A program made the position numbers and the translations under genes. Shown piece by piece: positions 61,037 through 64,000 of a stretch of DNA of 64,000 bases; position 1 is the stretch's first letter, and each line of letters opens with the position of its first letter. The notes under the pieces are model-generated. The model saw only the letters and a program-made list of their open reading frames with translations. It did no database searches and was not told the DNA's origin. The DNA comes from Macrostomum lignano (Eukaryota). The stretch spans positions 22,266-86,265 of the forward strand of contig NIVC01003533.1 of NCBI GenBank assembly GCA_002269645.1, in the 5' to 3' direction.

Positions 61037-63369
61037 GGGTAATTAGTAGACATTGTCGTGCTTGTGCGATCTGCTACAAACTCTCTCACCCAACCTTTCA
61101 CCCTCTCTTTCGTAGCTGCTCCAACTTATTGTGCTATCCAAGACTCTAATGGCAGGGTATGCGCTCAGAAGCAGTACTACTTGCTAACATAACCTCTAGC
61201 TGCTCATTCGCAAATACACAAGAACCCTACTCGACCTGTGCCAGTTGGTTCACAGCTTAACAACATAGCCTGCCTGTCTAATATCTTCAACCATATTTTG
61301 GATTTCGGTAACATAAAAAATATTCTTTTCATGATTTACTAAAAGACTTGGCCATTGTGACAGTGCAAGGTCAAGGTGGGAAGCTTCCTGAAAACAGGCA
61401 AAATGCAAACTGCAAACTGCATTGTGTGTTTTTTAAAAAGATTTGCCGTTCTGCACAGCGCTGACTGGGGTTTGGCCATAGACAAATCCGTCCAGACAAA
61501 ACACTGCAAAGACAGGAGCAGCTGGAATTTCGCCGGAACTTTGCTGGACTCCTATCAAAAAACAGCTTGATAAACTTGTGAGCGCAGCTCGGACAAAACA
61601 CCTGCTGGCTGCAATTTGGAAGTCCAAATCGAAGGTGAGATGTTGGGAATTAATTAAAAGTGACATTAAATTGTTTCAACTCATTGTAAATTTGCATACT
61701 TGTATTTACTGAATTTACTGATTAGTTTTATTCGCATATTGTTGCACTCAGAATTTTTCAGGACCAGGAACTCAAAATAATTACCTACTGTCAGTAATAT
61801 AGTTTGAGGTTAGTTACTTGTTAATGTTTGTGAGTCATGGGTTTAGTCAAAAAGCAATGAGATGAAGGGGTGCGTTATTTGCAAAAATAGAATGCAGTTT
61901 ATAACAAATTCGTGTTTTCATACAGGAGCTACTTTTCATACTGACCTGTGCTATTCAACATCGAAAAACACAACGGAACAAAAATCCTGCATCTGTTGTC
62001 CACCCTCGAGAAACTGTTACTTTCTGGTTTTTTTAAAATCGATTTTTCCGTTTTTTTTTTCGCGCCAATTCAAACCGCAGCCGCGCAGAGCGAGTGCCAG
62101 TAGGTGATGGTCTGCTCAGGATTGGCTGACATCTCTCTCCAGTGCTCCAGCTCGCGGCGCTTCGCGAACAGCTCGCAGCCCAGCACAACGCTGCCAGAGG
62201 CTTGTCTGAAGTTTAGAAGAAAATACTATAGTATATTTTCATCCACTGCCAAGCAAGCTTGGCCATAGACAAAAGAATTGAAAGCGACAAAGTTGCGCGC
62301 GTGTGACACGAGCAGCTATAGTCATCATTTTCTTCAAATATTTCTATCTCGAGACAAAATAAAGCAGGTATTCGGTTATGCTACTGGACAGAGAGTAGCA
62401 AGTTAAATTGTCTCATAAAGATAGTGCTGAGTAGAGTGATTTCTTAGAAATGAGCTTGAACGTATATTTGTCGTACTACCAGTGCATTTAGTAGGCTCTC
62501 GAGCTCCAGTTGTCTCTTTTGTCTCCTTTTAATCGACAAGACGGGCTACTCAACACATTTGCGTGTAAGCTACTTTCGGTTCAGTAGTACGAGCTAAGTT
62601 AAATGGAAGCATTTTAATTGTATTTTTTAAGTCAAGGCTCATTTATTTGCTCTTAGCCCCCACAACCCAGCTTAAACCCTCAAACCGCGTCTTTCCACAG
62701 AACTTCGACCCGCTCCGCCCCGTCAAATTTTTATTGCCTATTCTCCCTGTTTAAATCTGCCATGTACATTTCAGTGACGCTGGCCAATGTACATTACGGC
62801 TGAACCAATTAGGAAGTTGTTTACGCCTGCAAGCTTGGCTTCTAAACTTGCTACTTTATATAAAACTTTTCTTATAAAGCTTCTTCCTCGCCTTTGCAGT
62901 GAGTGAACTGGAAGTGGAAAGCTGTTTTACTATTTGACCCATCTAGCCATTTATAATTGGTGCAATTTTGAACCACCTTCATTTTGTGGTGGAAAACAAT
63001 GAGTCAATGATAAAATATTTACGTGTATGCTTTTATTAAACTACTCATAAGTGAACGAAAGTAGTAAGCCAAGACTTAAAAAAATGCAAAAATAATGCCA
63101 TGAATGAACATTGAATTAAAATTCGTTGAGAAATCGCTGACAATTTGCTCCGCCCAGGCTTACCAAAAAGAGACCCAATGCCTGTGGCGTGGTGCATCAT
63201 GGTGACCTTGATAATCGTCTGGCTAAGGTCCGCCACCCGATTGAAAATCAGCGACTGATTGAATGCTGACGAATGACCGACCGTCTCAGTACGCTTGCTT
63301 TTCACCTCCTTGCCCTGCAGACCCGTGTGCATGGAGACCCTCAGGTACACCTCTGCAGTTAGGAGTGGG

Positions 63370-63931
<562 letters not shown>

Positions 63932-64000
63932 CACCGATGCACTCGCAGTATCACTCTTCGTTGGCAGGTTCCTGCACTCGTGCAGCACAACCGTGATTCT

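Overview
This is eukaryotic (metazoan) genomic DNA: GC-rich exons in AT-rich, minisatellite-laden introns. The style suggests a free-living flatworm such as Macrostomum, but that is unverified inference. From left to right it contains: (1) a 33-bp, possibly coding, repeat; (2) a very young full-length Ty3/Gypsy LTR retrotransposon (1610-10619) with 1223-bp LTRs, an AATT target-site duplication (TSD), a tRNA-Leu primer-binding site (PBS) that is duplicated inside the LTR, a -1 frameshift signal with pseudoknot, and a long extension after integrase; (3) an AF4/FMR2 (AFF/lilli-like) gene on +; (4) a minus-strand run EDC3 -> MED9 -> GEMIN6 in which the MED9 and GEMIN6 CDSs overlap; (5) an orphan T-box exon followed by an RTE-like LINE, a tRNA-derived SINE and several MITEs; (6) a tandem-domain METTL24-like methyltransferase; (7) glycosyltransferase-like and kinase-like fragments and a small unknown acidic protein; (8) a GPR19-like GPCR and a cadherin-like membrane protein. 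The strongest candidate for a new system is the MED9/GEMIN6 stop-start overlap: the MED9 AUG is in weak context and no ATG occurs in any frame between the two starts, as expected of a bicistronic mRNA. Most frameshifts in the window fall in homopolymer runs and may be assembly errors. All family assignments come from recalled motif similarity, not database searches.
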